Below are positions 1 to 13,359 of a DNA stretch of 64,000 nucleotides, in pieces (the stretch's first letter is position 1; each line of letters begins with the position of its first letter). Where the stretch lies: positions 10,602,001 to 10,666,000 of the forward strand of contig NC_090349.1 of the NCBI RefSeq assembly GCF_035084215.1, in the 5' to 3' direction. The notes under the pieces are model-generated. The model saw nothing but the letters and a program-made list of their open reading frames with translations, made no database searches and was not told the DNA's origin. The position numbers and the translations under genes were made by a program. This DNA is from Heptranchias perlo (Eukaryota).

Positions 1-43
1 TTATATGGAGTTATAGATGGATTAGTGTGTAGTAAGGAGTTTA
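1..43. repeat. Diverged unit of the 40-bp minisatellite that resumes near 3716
   Basis: TTATATGGAGTTATAGATGGATTAGTGTGTAGTAAGGAGTTTA matches the array unit TTATGTGGAGTTATTGAGGGATTAGTGTGTAGTAAGGGGT. Confidence 0.85.
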
Positions 44-1821
44 TAGAATCATAGAATGATACAGCACAGAAGGTGATCATTCGGCCCATCGTGCCTGTGC
101 CGGCTCTTTGAAAGAGCTATCCAATTAGTCCCACTCCCCTGCTCCTTTCTCATACCTCCTGCAAATTTTTCCACTTCAAGTATTTATCCAATTCCCCTTT
201 GAAAGTTATAACTGAATTGGTTTCCACCACCCGTTCAGGCAGTGCAATCTTCTCTGTAAAATTTTTTCCCCTCATGTCACCTCTGGTTCTTTTGCTAATT
301 ACCTTAAATCTGTGTCCTCTGGTTACTGACCCTTCTGGCACTGAAAACTGTTTCTCCTTATTTACTCTATCAAAACCCTTCATGATTTTGAACATCTCTA
401 TCAAATCACCCCTTAACCTTCTCTGCTCTAAGGAGAAAAATCCCAGTTTCTCTAATCTCTCCATCCCTGATATATTCTAGGAAAACTCTTCTGCACACTC
501 TCTGAGGCCTTGACATCCTTCCTAAAGTGTGGTGTCCAGAATTGGACACAATATTCCAGCTGGGGCCTTATCAGTGTATTATAGAGGTTTAGAATAACTT
601 CCTTGCTTTTGTACTCTTATGCCTCTATTTATAAAGTCAAGAATCCCGTTTCCCTTTTAACAGCCTTCTCAACTTGTCCTGCCACCTTCAAAGGCTTGTG
701 TACATACATCCCCAGGTCTCTCTGTTCTTGCACCCCCTTTAAAATTGTACCATTTAGTTTATATTGCCTCTCCTCATTCTTCCTACCAAAATAAATCACT
801 TCACACTTCTCTGCGTTATATTTAATCTGTCATGTGTCTGCCCATTTCACTAGTTTGTCTATGTCCTCCCCTCACTGTTTGCTACATTTCTGAGTTATGT
901 GTCATCTGCAAACTTTGAAATTATGCCCTATATACCCAAGTCCTGGTCATTAATAAATATCAAAAACAGCAGTGGTCCCAACACCGACCCCTAGGGAACA
1001 CCACTGCACGCTTCCCTCCAGTCTGAGAAACAATCGTTCACTACTACTCTCTGCTTTCTGTCCCTTAGCCTATTTCGTATCCACGCAGCCACTGCCCCTT
1101 TATTCTCCTGGGCTTCAATTTTATAACAAGTCTATGATGTGGTACTTTATCAAACACCTTTTGAAAATCCATATACACAACATCAACTGCACTACCCTCA
1201 TAAATCCGCTCCATTACCTCAAAGAACTCAAATCAAGTTAGTCAAACATGATTTGCCTTTAACAAATCCATGCGGCTTTCATTTATTAACCCATATTTTT
1301 CCAAGTGCCAATTAATTTTGTCCAGAATTAATGTCTCTAAAAGTTTCCCTATCACCAACGTTAGGCGGACTGGTCTGTAGTTGCCAGGTTTATCCCTCTC
1401 CCCTTTTTTGAACAGTGTAACATTTGCAATCTTCCAATTCTCTAGCACCACTCCCATATCTAAGAACAATTGGAACATTGTGGTCAGAGCCTCCTCAATT
1501 TCCACCCTTACTTCTCTCAGCAACCTAGGATGCATCCCATCCAGACCAGGTGGCTTTTCTACTTTGACTACTGCCAACTTTTTATGTACCTCCTCTATCT
1601 ATTTTTATCCTATCCAATTTCCCTACTACCCCCTCCTTTACTGTGACATTAGCAGCATCCTCTTCTTTCGTGAAGACAGATGCAAAGTACTCATTTAGTA
1701 TCTCAGCCATGCCCTCTGCCTCCACAAGGAGATCTCCTTTATGGTCCCTAATCGTCCTCACCCTTCTGCTATTTTTATGTTTATAAAAGACTTTTGGGAT
1801 CCCTTTTATGTTATCCCCTAA

Positions 1822-2272
1822 TAGAAACATAGAAAATAGGAGCAGGAGTCGTCCATTCGGCCCTTCGAGCCTGCTCCGCCATTCAACATGATCATGGCTG
1901 ATCCTCTATCTCAATACCATATTCCCGCTCTCTCCCCATACCCCTTGATGCCTTTTGTGTCTAGAAATCTATCTATCTCCTTCTTAAATATATTCAGTGA
2001 CTTGGCCTCCACAGCCTTCTGTGGTAGGGAATGTCACAGGTTCACCACCCTCTGAGTGAAGAAATGTCTCCTCATCTCAGTCCTAACCGTCCTACCCCGT
2101 ATTCTGAGACTGTGACCCCTCGTTCTGGAATCCCCCAGCCAGGGTAAACAGCCTCCCTGCATCCAGTCTGTCTAGCCCTGTCAGAATTTTATACATTTCA
2201 ATGAGATCCCCTCTCATTCTTCTAAACTCTAGTGGATACAGGACTAGTCGACCCAATCTCTCCTCATTTGAC
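1822..2272 (-). mobile_element. Nested 3' fragment of a second CR1 family
   Basis: ORF 2092-2274 (EERLGRLVLYPLEFRRMRGDLIEMYKIL). TTTCTATG tail. The host CR1 resumes on both sides (compare 17630-17700). Confidence 0.88.
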
Positions 2273-2592
2273 AATCTATTCTCATACTCTCCCTCTTTGC
2301 CCCTCTTATTTCCTTTTTCAGTTCTTCCCTGTACTTTTTGTATTCAGCTTGGTTCTCTACTGAATTATGAACCCGACATTTATCATAAGCCTCCTTTTTC
2401 TATTTCATTTTAATCTCTATATCTTTAGTCATTCAGGGAGCTCTCGTTGATGGTGCCCTGCCTTTCCCCTCATTGGCATATGTCTAGTCTGTACCCAATC
2501 TACCTCCTCTTTGAAGGCCTCCCCTTTATCATTTACTGTTTTACCTGCCAATCTTTGATTCCAGTCCACCTGGGCCAGATCCCTTTCCAACT

Positions 2593-2646
2593 CATAGGAA
2601 CATAGGAACAGGAGTAGGCCATTCAGCCCCTCGTGCCTGCTCCGCC
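2593..2646 (-). mobile_element. Very short nested CR1 3' tail (about 55 bp)
   Basis: Near-identical reverse complement of 21570-21637. It interrupts the host CCAACTCA/CTGAAATT sequence that is intact at about 17975-17990. Confidence 0.85.
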
Positions 2647-3130
2647 ATTTGATAAGATCATGGCTGAAATTTGTCCTCCTCCAGTTGAGTATTTTCACAT
2701 TTGATTTTTCCTTGATCTTTTCCATAACTACACTAAACCTAATGATATTGTGATCACTGTTTCCCAAATACTCTCCCACTGAAACATGCCCATTCCCCAG
2801 AACTGCTTCCTTCCTCACTGGGCTGAAAGTTCTCTTGTACACATTTCTGGAATTCCAACCCCTTTTTACCTTTACACTACACTGTTATTTTCCCACTCTA
2901 TATTAGGATAGTTGAAATCCACCATTATCACTAAAGTTCTTGCATCTTTCTGCAATTTGCCAATTCTAACCAAATAGATTCTGTCTTTGAACCCTCAAGT
3001 ACATCATCCTCGTCTAGTCCTGTAACCGTGTCTTTGATCAATACTGCCATCCCCCACCACCTTTCTTTCCTTCCCTATCTTTCCTAAATACATTGTACCA
3101 AGGAATATTAAGTGCCTATTCCTCCCATTG

Positions 3131-3381
3131 TTTTTTTAAAAATTTGTTCATGGGATGTGGGCGTCGCTGGCAAGGCCAGCATTTATTGCCCATCCCTAAT
3201 TGCCCTTGAGAAGGTGGTGGTCAGCCGCCTTCTTGAACCGTTGCAGTCCGTGTGGTGAAGGTTCTCCCACAGTGCTGTTAGGAAGGGAGTTCCAGGATTT
3301 TAACCCAGCGACAATGAAGGAACGGCGATATATTTCCAAGTTGGGATGGTGAGATTTGGAGGGGAACGTGTGGGTGGTGTT
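3131..3381 (-). mobile_element. Nested 3' end of the LINE family seen at 32870-36100
   Basis: GTTCATGGGATGTGGGCGTCGCTGGCAAGGCCAGCATTTATTGCCCATCCCTAATTGCCCTTGAGAAGG is shared with 32890-33180. Confidence 0.88.
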
Positions 3382-3715
3382 GTTCCCATGCGCCGGCTGC
3401 TCTTGTCCTTCGAGATGGCAGAGGTCACGGGTTTGGGAGGTTTGAGCCAGGTCTCCATTATTGCCACTATATCATAATCCCACGTAGCTTCTTGTGCCTG
3501 CAGCTCACCAACCTCATTTACCTTGTCTGTGCATTTACGCACATGCACTCTAAACCAATCTTAGCCTGCCTCACATTTCCCCCCTGTCTGATCCCTCCTA
3601 TTTCTGAACTACTCTTTATTCTGATGCTGTTTGTTTCTCCCAGTCCTCTGTGCACCTTGTATCTCGTTTCTAATGCTTCATCCTGGTGCCCCTCCCAAAT
3701 TAGTTTAAAGCCTGC

Positions 3716-5150
3716 TTTTGTGCAGTTATTGAGGGATTAGTGGGTAGCAAGGGGTCTATGTGGAGTTATTGAGGGTTTAGTGTATACTAAGGGATTTATG
3801 TGGAGTTATTGAGGGTTTAGTGTATAGTAAGGGATTTATGTGGAGTTACTGCGGGATGTGTGTGTAGTAAGGGGTTTATGTGGAGTTACTGAGGGATTTG
3901 TGTGTAGTAAGGGGTTTATTTGGAGTTACTGAGGGATTAGTGTGTAGTAAGGGGTTTATGTGGAGTTACTCAGGGATTAGTGTGTAGTAAGGGGTTTATG
4001 TGGAGTTATTGAGGGATTAGTGTGTAGTAAGGGGTTTATGTGGAGTTATTGAGGGATTTGTGTGTAGTAAGGGGTTTATGTGGAGTTATTGAGGGATTAG
4101 TGTGTAGTAAGGGGTTTATGTGGAGTTATTGAGGGATTAGTGTGTAGTAAGGGGTTTATGTGGAGTTATTGAGGGATTAGTGTGTAGTAAGGGGTTTATG
4201 TGGAGTTATTGAGGGATTAGTGTGTAGTAAGGGGTTTATGTGGAGTTATTGAGGGATTAGTGTGTAGTAAGGGGTTTATGTGGAGTTATTGAGGGATTAG
4301 TGTGTAGTAAGGGGTTTATGTGGAGTTATTGAGGGATTTGTGTGTAGTAAGGGGTTTATGTGGAGTTATTGAGGGATTAGTGTGTGGTAAGGGGTTTATG
4401 TGGAGTTATTGAGGGATTAGTGTGTAGTAAGGGGTTTATGTGGAGTTACTCAGGGATTAGTGTGTAGTAAGGGGTTTATGTGGAGTTACTCAGGGATTAG
4501 TGTGTAGTAAGGGGTTTATGTGGAGTTATTGAGGGATTAGTGTGTAGTAAGGGGTTTATGTGGAGTTATTGAGGGATTTGTGTGTAGTAAGGGGTTTATG
4601 TGGAGTTATTGAGGGATTAGTGTGTGGTAAGGGGTTTATGTGGAGTTATTGAGGGATTAGTGTGTAGTAAGGGGTTTATGTGGAGTTACTCAGGGATTAG
4701 TGTGTAGTAAGGGGTTTATGTGGAGTTATTGAGGGATTAGTGTGTAGTAAGGGGTTTATGTGGAGTTATTGAGGGATTAGTGTGAAGTAAGGGGTTTATG
4801 TGGAGTTACTCAGGGATTAGTGTGTAGTAAGGGGTTTATGTGGAGTTATTGAGGGATTAGTGTGTAGTAAGGGGTTTATTTGGAGTTACTGAGGGATTAG
4901 TGTGTAGTAAGGGGTTTATGTGGAGTTATTGAGGGATTAGTGTGTAGTAAGGGGTTTATGTGGAGTTACTCAGGGATTAGTGTGTAGTAAGGGGTTTATG
5001 TGGAGTTATTGAGGGATTAGTGTGTAGTAAGGGGCTTATGTGGAGTTATTGAGGGATTAGTGTGTAGTAAGGGGTTTAATTGGAGTTATTGAGGGATTAG
5101 TGTGTAGTAAGGGGTATTTGAGGGGCGAAGGCTTTATGTGGGGTTATTGA
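3716..5150. repeat. 40-bp minisatellite, about 35 units, in LZTR1 intron 1
   Basis: Tandem GGGGTTTATGTGGAGTTATTGAGGGATTAGTGTGTAGTAA with few variants (TTACTCAG, ATTTG). Confidence 0.98.
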
Positions 5151-5228
5151 GGGTGGTTTGGGAGCACACTAAGGATACTGATTCGGTGGACGAAAGCCGG
5201 ACGTAGCCGCTGCCGTCTGCTCTCGTTA

Positions 5229-5720
<492 letters not shown>

Positions 5721-6169
5721 AAATTAATAAGCTCGGAGGCCCAAGTTCCCCATTACATAGTTTAAGACCTACTTCAATGTAGGTCATACTGATTTGAGCC
5801 ATTAGAGCCTTACAGGCTGGAATTCTCTCTCTCTAAAACTCCACTATCTTGCTTTATCTCTCTCCATCTTCAAAAGTCTTCTTAAAACCTAGGGTTGCCT
5901 GTGAGTTTCGGAATCAAGCCTGGATCTCGCAGCCCCAGAGATGTTCCCACCTTAAATTTCCCGCCGCAGCAACACCCCCACCCCGTGACGGCTCGGTGAT
6001 TTCACCCGTCACAAAGCCGAGGCCGGCTGGTGTACCGTGAACAGGCTGGCGGGGGCTCAGGAGTGGGGAGTCCGTAATTGGGTGGAGAGAGGGACTGAGG
6101 TGTCAGAGGAGAGAAATGAACTGGGGGTCAGGGGAAGAGAAGGGGTCTGAGGCACAGGCGGGGAGGGGG

Positions 6170-7160
6170 AGAGAAGGGGACTGGGGCTCGGGCGGGGGGG
6201 GGGGGGGTGGAGAAGGGGACTGGGGCTCGGGCGGGGGGGGGTGGAGAAGGGGACTGGGGCTCGGGCGGGGGAGAAAAGGGGACTGGGGCTCGGGCGGGGG
6301 AGAAAAGGGGACTGGGGCTCGGGCGGGGGGGTGGAGAAGGGGACTGGGGCTCGGGCGGGGGGGTGGAGAAGGGGACTGGGGCTCGGGTGGGGGGGGGTGG
6401 AGAAGGGGACTGGGGCTCGGGCGGGGGGGGGGTGGAGAAGGGGACTGGGGCTCGGGCGGGGGGAGAGAGGAGGGGACTGGGGCTCGGGCGGGGGGGTGGA
6501 GAAGGGGACTGGGGCTCGGGCGGGGGGGTGGAGAAGGGGACTGGGGCTCGGGCAGAGGGGGAGAGGAGGGGACTGGGGCTTGGGCAGAGGGGGGGAGGAG
6601 GGGACTGGGGCTCGGGCAGAGGGGTAGAGAAGGGGACTGGGGCTCGGGCAGAGGGGGAGAGGAGGGGACTGGGGCTCGGGCAGAGGGGGAGAGGAGGGGA
6701 CTGGGGCTCGGGCGGGGGGAGAGAGGATGGGACTGGGGCTCGGGCGGGGGGAGAGAGGAGGGGACTGGGGCTCGGGCGGGGGGAGAGAGGAGGGGACTGG
6801 GGCTCGGCCGGGGGGAGAGAGGAGGGGGCTGGTACTCGGGCGGGGGGAGAGGCGGGGACTGGTACTCGGGCGGGGGGAGAGAGGCAGGGACTGGTACTCG
6901 GGCGGGGGGAGAGTGGCGGGGACTGGTACTCGGGCTGGGGGGGGGAGAGGAGGGGACTGGTACTCGGGCTGGGGGGTGGGGGGGAGAGGAGGGGACTGGT
7001 ACTCGGGCTGGGGGGGGGAGAGGAGGGGACTGGTACTTGGGCTGGGGGGGGGGGGGGGAGAGGAGGGGACCGGGGCTCGGGCGGAGGGTAGGGGGACCGG
7101 GGGTGGGGGGGTAGGGGGACCGGGGGTGGGGGGGGGAGGGGACCGTGGCTCGGGCGGGAA
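6170..7160. repeat. G-rich VNTR of about 29-33 bp, probably G-quadruplex forming
   Basis: Tandem GGAGAAGGGGACTGGGGCTCGGGCGGGGGGG, grading into GGAGGGGACTGGTACTCGGGC units. It accounts for the Pro-rich and Gly-rich ORFs at 6057-7605. Confidence 0.96.
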
Positions 7161-7309
7161 ACAAAAGGGAGACTGGGGAATGGGGTGGGTGTCGGGACCA
7201 GCATTTCCTGCAGATCCAGAAGCAGCAGCAAAGTGGTGAGTGGTAGCAGCATCTAGAGGAGCAGCCAGCAAAAGGGTGAGGGAAACCTGGGGACTTTACT
7301 GTGGGTAAA

Positions 7310-7610
7310 CTGTGAAAGATTGTTTCCACTGGTGAGCGAATGGGGAACATGGGGACGGAGAGAGACCGAGGATTCTCATTGGAAGAACCAAGGAGAAAGC
7401 TTCTTGAACTGAGGGCTATTAGACTGTGGGATCCTTCACCAGAAGTGACCATTAAGGTAGACACTACAAGAAGATTTAAAAGGGAATGGGATAAATATTT
7501 GGAAAGCAGGAATATAAAAGGATCTGGGGGTAATGGGGTTACTGGAGAAAGTGCCAGCACAGGCACCGAGGGCCGAATGGACTCCTGTGTGGTAATTTCT
7601 GACATTCTTT
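7310..7610 (+). mobile_element. Old CR1 3' remnant
   Basis: Decayed C-terminus RAIRLWDPSPEVTIKVDTTRRFKREWDKYL and GGCCGAATGGACTCCTGTGTG 3' UTR. Confidence 0.7.
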
Positions 7611-8632
7611 TATTGAGTCCAAGCCCAGGGAGTGGTTTAGTGTTGGTGCTGAGCTGAATTTAGGAAGATGAGCCCTGTGAGAAGCGCAACAAACACAGCT
7701 TGCTGTCCTTTGTGCAATCACTCAGTTTGGTTCGGGTCGTCTGTGGCGGTTGGTGTGAAGTCCAATTAAGATCAGCTCTGACTGAGGCTCCCAGTTCAGA
7801 GCTGTCACCTTCATGCAGAACCTGAGTCCAAGGATATAGGGAGAGAAATTGGGCGTATTAAAAGTGGCATCGACTGGGGAGCCTGACCGCACCTTGTGCA
7901 GCGTAGCGGGGGGTTGTGGTTGTTTCAGGGTGAATATCAGCAGATTATAGGATTATTACTGGTTACAGATAGGAGATCAGGCCGTTACTACCAATTACAT
8001 ATAGATTATCAGTGAGTTATTGATTGAGGGGAATCTGAGTACCAGTATTACTATTAGTTATCAGTGCAATTTCAGTGAGTTACCATTAGTTACTGGTAGA
8101 ATTAAAGTTACTCCCAGTTACTCTGGTTTCCCCTCTGCGAATCCCTCTCACCTTGGGTTTCCTTCTTCACCTACTCGCGGGTGGCTTCCTGGTTCTTGGA
8201 ACATCGCACAACAGCTACTGGCACGAAACCACATGCAAAGATACACATCTACAGGGGACCCAACCTTTATAAGGTAAATGCAACAACATTTGTCGATGTC
8301 ATGTGGTCAGAATGTCATATGATCAAACCTCCAGGAATGTCCCCAGCCAGAGTTGGCAACCCTATTAAAACCTAAGTCTCCAACTCCCCACCTTCTCCCA
8401 ATTCCTACACACTGTCCAATTTTTCCATCTCTCTGAACAGAGCCTTGGTATGTTTTGCTACATTGAATGCACCCTACAAGTGTCAGTTGTTATGAAAAAT
8501 TTCTTCTTTTTCCCACAAAGTTAAATCAAAACAGGGCTTATCCATATTGTTGGAAGGATGAACAATGACTTGACATGCCAAAGCACTTCAGCCGCAAAAA
8601 GAGATGCCTCAAAGGGTACCTTTAAAGAGGTG

Positions 8633-9090
8633 AAAGAAAGAAAGAACATACATTTATATAGTGCCTTTCATGACCAAAGGATGTCCCAAAGTACTGTACA
8701 GCCAAAGAAGTATTTTTGAACTGTAGTCACTGTTGTGGTGTAGGAAACATGGCAGCCAATATGCGCACAGCAAGGTCCCACAAATAGCAATGTGAAAGTG
8801 ACCAGATAATCTGTTTTAGTGGTGTTGGTTGAGAGATAAATATTGGGCAGGACACCGGGGAGAACTCCCCTGCTCCTCTTCGAAGAGTGTCATGAGATCT
8901 TTTATGTCCACTTGAGAGGGCAGACGTCTGCCTGTTTAACGTCTTATCTGAAAGATGGCACCTCCAACAGTGCAGCAGTCTCTCAATACTGCACTGGAGT
9001 GTCTGTCTAGATTTTGTGCTAAAGTCTCTGGAGTGGGACTTGAACCCTTCTGAGGTGAGAGTGCTACAAACTGAGCCATCGCTGACACCT
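8633..9090 (-). mobile_element. Deu-domain SINE (SacSINE1/AmnSINE-like)
   Basis: Deu core GATGGCACCTCCAACAGTGCAGCA...TACTGCACTGG, B-box GGGACTTGAACCC and CATTTATATAG tail. Many other copies occur in the window. Confidence 0.85.
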
Positions 9091-9669
9091 AAGATACTGA
9101 ACAGAATTGAGAAAATAAACCTAGAGCATTACTTTAAGATACATCAAGGCAAGAAGGCACAGTTTAGAGCAGGTTAGGACAGATGTTAGGAAGTATTTCT
9201 TTACACAGAAGTGTGATCAATAACTGGAACTAGTTGCCAGGAAGGAAGGTTGAGACACTGGATTTATCTAAGAAAAAGTAAGTTGGAGCATTGGGAAGAT
9301 GGTAGGGTTGGAATTCTGGAAGGACAAGATCAAATGGGCCTTCATCTAAATCTATTTTGTAATGGTATTTCCAAAAGTCTTGGTACTTAAGGAACAATCA
9401 TGTTACAAACAGACATGGCACCTGTACTCCTTATAATCCCATTGCTAACCAGATATTTATCCAGTACTATTTTTTAAAGATGCTTCGCAGTTATTTAACC
9501 TTCTCCAAGCACTCTTGGTGTGTGTTTCCCTTGCCACCTTTAACATACATGTGAAGTCTCCCTCATTTGGAGTGATCCTGACTCATCTTGGTTTAAAAAT
9601 GTAACCTATTTTATGTAACTCATCTATCTATATATAAAGATCTTGCATTTAGTGCACATCCGACATATT

Positions 9670-10210
9670 TACATAGAAATTACAGCACGGAATCAAGTCG
9701 TACGGCCCAACCAGTCCGTGTTGGTGTTTATTCTCCATACGAGCAGTAGTACTAATCCCACGTGCCTGTCCTTTTCCCATTATCCCTTTACTCGTGTGAC
9801 CCTTGTACTCGAGGATGACAGTGCCAACAAAGAAAGGAGCGCAAGTTCATGGTCGACGGGTGTGTTGATGACTACGCAGGCCGATACATGCTAGACATTG
9901 TCTACCACAAGCCTCGCATAGGTTCATCCACCTATCTAACCTGTTAAAAGTTGACATGGTCTCTGCTTCAATTACTAACTCCAGTAGTGAATTCTATAGC
10001 TACACAAACCCCTGTCTAAAAAGGTTTCTTCCACATTCTTGTCTGACTGCAGCTCTGTGAAGTTAATGAAAGTTGTTGTTGTTGCTCTGTGTCCCAAATC
10101 TCTTACATTTAATTTTATGTCTATGTCCCCCTCATTCTAGACCCCTCAACCACTATATCCCTTCATAATTTTAAACACCTCTATGAAATCACCCCGTAAT
10201 CCCTTCTGTT
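9670..10210 (-). mobile_element. Decayed CR1 3' fragment with an unrelated insert at about 9790-9920
   Basis: ACATAGAAATTACAGCACGG tail and TTCATAATTTTAAACACCTCTATGAAATCACCCC (GDFIEVFKIM on the minus strand). Confidence 0.65.
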
Positions 10211-10749
10211 AAGACGTCATGCTTCAGATGTCACAGTCCAAAGTGTCAAAAATATATAAAAAGAGAGAAAGAAAGATGGTCTTTTCATGCTGGTTTTTCT
10301 GACCTTGACAATCTGGTCTCTTCCCAAGCACAAGAACTGAGGATTTGCAAGCAGCTACAATCTATTAAAACTTTCTCCAGCAGTTAGTGTTTATTTGACT
10401 TCAGGACGTGACCATTTAGAACACTTCCCCACTGGGATATCTGAGCAGTAGCCTTAAAGGGGCTGGCCAGGTTAAATATGCATCCATTTTGACAGCTAAA
10501 CATCACAACTGTGCTCTAGACTACACATGAGCAATGTCATGGGAGATCAGCCAATTCTCAACATAAACACAACTCCATGTGTTTCAATGGGTTTGCAATC
10601 AGTCTCACTTTTATCACTTGTATAAATCTCTTTTAGCTTCCAAAGTATTGAGGAGATGGTGTCCACCTTGTGCCCAGTCTAAACTCAGGTATATTTTAGA
10701 GTGATTGTGGGGAGGACTTTATGGAGGCTAGGGAAGTTTGCCATTTACG

Positions 10750-11120
10750 TACATAGGAACAGGAATAGGCCATTCAGTCCCTCAAGCCTGTTCCGCCATT
10801 ATATTAAATCATGGCTGATCTGTATCTTAACTCCATTTCCCCGCCTTTGCTCCATATCCTTTGACACCCTCACCTAACAAAAATCTATCGATCTCAGTCT
10901 TTAAAATTTCAATTGACCCAGCATCCACAGCCTTTTGGGAAAGAGAGTTCCACATTTCCACTACTCTTTGTGTAAAAAAGTGCTTCCTGATTTCACTCCT
11001 AAATGGACGGGCCCTTATTTTAAGATTATGCCCCCTTGTCCTGAATTCCCCCAGTATCTGCTCCATTGAATATCTTTAACATTTAAATCACCTCAGCAAG
11101 ATCAACTCTGAACCTTCTAC
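10750..11120 (-). mobile_element. CR1 3' fragment
   Basis: ORF RTRGHNLKIRARPFRSEIRKHFFTQRVVEMWNSL. Confidence 0.88.
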
Positions 11121-13359
11121 CTGTCTCTGTACCTTCATTTCATACTTTTGTGATTTTGCAACTTCAGGATAAAGAATTGCCCTGTGCAGGCACCGCTTTC
11201 TGCATACGCGCAGTGCAAAGAAGTTTAAGTCAATTCACAGCATTCCTTTCTGGCAACAGAAGAAAGGTCAAGAATAGGGAGTGCGAAGTAAAACACATTT
11301 CCCAATTGCTACCTGCAAAATGCAAAATTGGTATTCAGGGTAAGCGGCTTCCATGAACTCTTGCACTGAAGACGTGTGTTAGCCATTTTAACTTGTTGTA
11401 GTCACCATCATTGGTACTCAAGGAAACTGCACCATATTGCAAGGTTATCACATCAGACATGCAGTACTTTCCTACCACCCATACTAATTGGATGCTGTGG
11501 CAGAGGGATCATACTGCTTGTCAATAGTAACAGGTAAACTGCCGTGTGGTTGACCTTGAAGATACCAAACTCTCACTAAAATGGGTTTTGCATTCAATGC
11601 TTATTTTTTTTAATGAAATAACACTGAAGGAGGCCATTTGGCCCATCGTACCTGTGCCGGCTCTTTGGAAGAGCTATCCAATTAGACCCACACCCCTGCT
11701 CTTTCCCCACAGCCCTGCAATTTTTTCCCCTTCAAGTATTTATCCAATTCCCTTTTCAAGGTTGCTGTTGAATCTGTTTCCACCACCCTTTCAGGCAGTA
11801 CACTCCAGATCATAACAACTCGCTGGGTAAAACATTTTTTATCATATCACCTCTGGTTCTTTTGCCAATTACCTTAAATCTGTGTCCTCTGCTTACCGAC
11901 CCTTCTGCCACTGGAAACAATTTCTCCTTATTTATTCTATCAAAACCCTTCATGATTTTGAACACCTCTATCAAATCACCTCTTAACCTTCTCTGCTGTA
12001 AGGAGAAAAACCCCAACTTCTCCAGTCTCTCCACATCCCTGGTACAATTCTAGTAAATCTCCCCTGCACCCTCTTAAAGGCCTTGCCATCCTTCCTAAAA
12101 TGTGATGCCCAGAATTGAACATACTACTCTAGCTGGGGCCTAATCAGTGTTTTATAAAGGTTTAGCATAACTTCCTTGCTTTTGAACTCAATGCCTCTAT
12201 TAATAAAGCCAAGGATCCTGTACGCTTTTTTAACAGCCTTCTCAACTTGCCCTGGCACTTTCAAAGATTTGTGTACATACACCCGCAGGTCTCTCTGTTC
12301 CTGTACCTCCTTTAAAATTGTACCATTTAGCTTGTATTGCCTTTCCTCATTCTTCCTACCAAAATGTATCGCTTCACACTTTTCTGCTTTAAATTTTATC
12401 TGCCGTGTGTCTGTCCATTTCAGCAATCTGTCTATGTCCTCATGAAGACTATTACCAGCCTCCTCATTGCTTACTACATTTCCAAGTTTCATGTCATCTG
12501 CAAATTTTTAATTATGCCCAATATACCCAAGTCCAGATCATTAATATATATCAAAAAGAGCAGTGCTCCCAATACCGACCCCTGGGGAACATCACTGTCT
12601 ACCTCCCTCCACTATGAAAAACAACTGTTCGCCACTACTCTCTGCTTTTTGTCTCTTGGCCAATTTTGTATGCACGCAGCCACTGTCCCTTTAATCCCAT
12701 GGGCTTCACTTTTACAAACAAGTCTATTATGTGGTACTTTATCAAACGCCTTTTGAAAATCCATATACACAAAATCAACCGCACTACCTTCATCAACCCT
12801 CTCCATGGGGGCCGATTTTCAGATGGCGGAGCGGGTGTGTTGGGGGCGGGGTGGGGCTCGTAAAATGGCAGAAACCCAGAGCGGGTTCAGAGCCCGGCTC
12901 TAACCCGCTGACTTCCGGGTTCCCCAGTGATGCGTTCGGGTGCGCGCGCGCCTCCCCAATGCGGGAGTCCCACCGGCAATTAAAGCCGACGGGATGATAA
13001 TTTAGATAGTTAGTCAGATAGTTGAGGTACTTGAGAGACCTCATTGAATGGACATTTTGACAGGGGTGCAATTCTGAAGGATCCTCAGCGTGTTTCCCGT
13101 GCTGTGGGAAACACTCCCTGTTGGAGCGGACGTGCTTCAGCCAGCAGCCAGTGGGAGATTCAAAGGATTATTTGGCAGGTAGGGGGAAAACCTCATTTAT
13201 TGTAGCAGGGCACTCTGTCACTTCAGACAAAGTTTTGGCTGCAAGACCTTTATCTTTCCACTCAAAATTCTTAATTTATACCCAAAACTCTGCTGTGCAA
13301 ACACATTTACCTACTTTGCGGACCCCCTCTAACTCACACCGTCAGGATGTGGGGGGGCG

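Larger units (their letters stand above)
44..3710 (-). mobile_element. CR1 LINE, 5'-truncated and decayed (ORF2 APE+RT), carrying nested insertions
   Basis: Minus-strand ORF pieces LEKLGFFSLEQRRLRGDLIEMFKIMKGFD, PPGLDGMHPRLLRE, LFKKGERDKPGNYRPV, YDIVAIMETWL. CR1-type ATTCTATG tail at about 44-56. Collinear with the 11615-19765 copy. Confidence 0.93.
5890..8364. mobile_element. Non-autonomous hAT-type element, internally expanded
   Basis: Terminal inverted repeats TAGGGTTGCC / GGCAACCCTA. Perfect 8-bp TSD TTAAAACC (5882-5889 and 8365-8372). Its right end is homologous to the 361-bp MITE at 46045. Confidence 0.85.

Noticed and set aside
3716-5150. Regular repeat arrays as possible CRISPR (also 56520-57215 and 58870-59973)
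   Set aside because: Units are head-to-tail with no unique spacers, there are no cas genes, and the context is eukaryotic.
6057-7605. Long Pro-rich and Gly-rich ORFs (up to 500 aa) in several frames
   Set aside because: They arise from a stop-poor G-rich VNTR open on both strands, with variable unit lengths. No evidence of a real protein.
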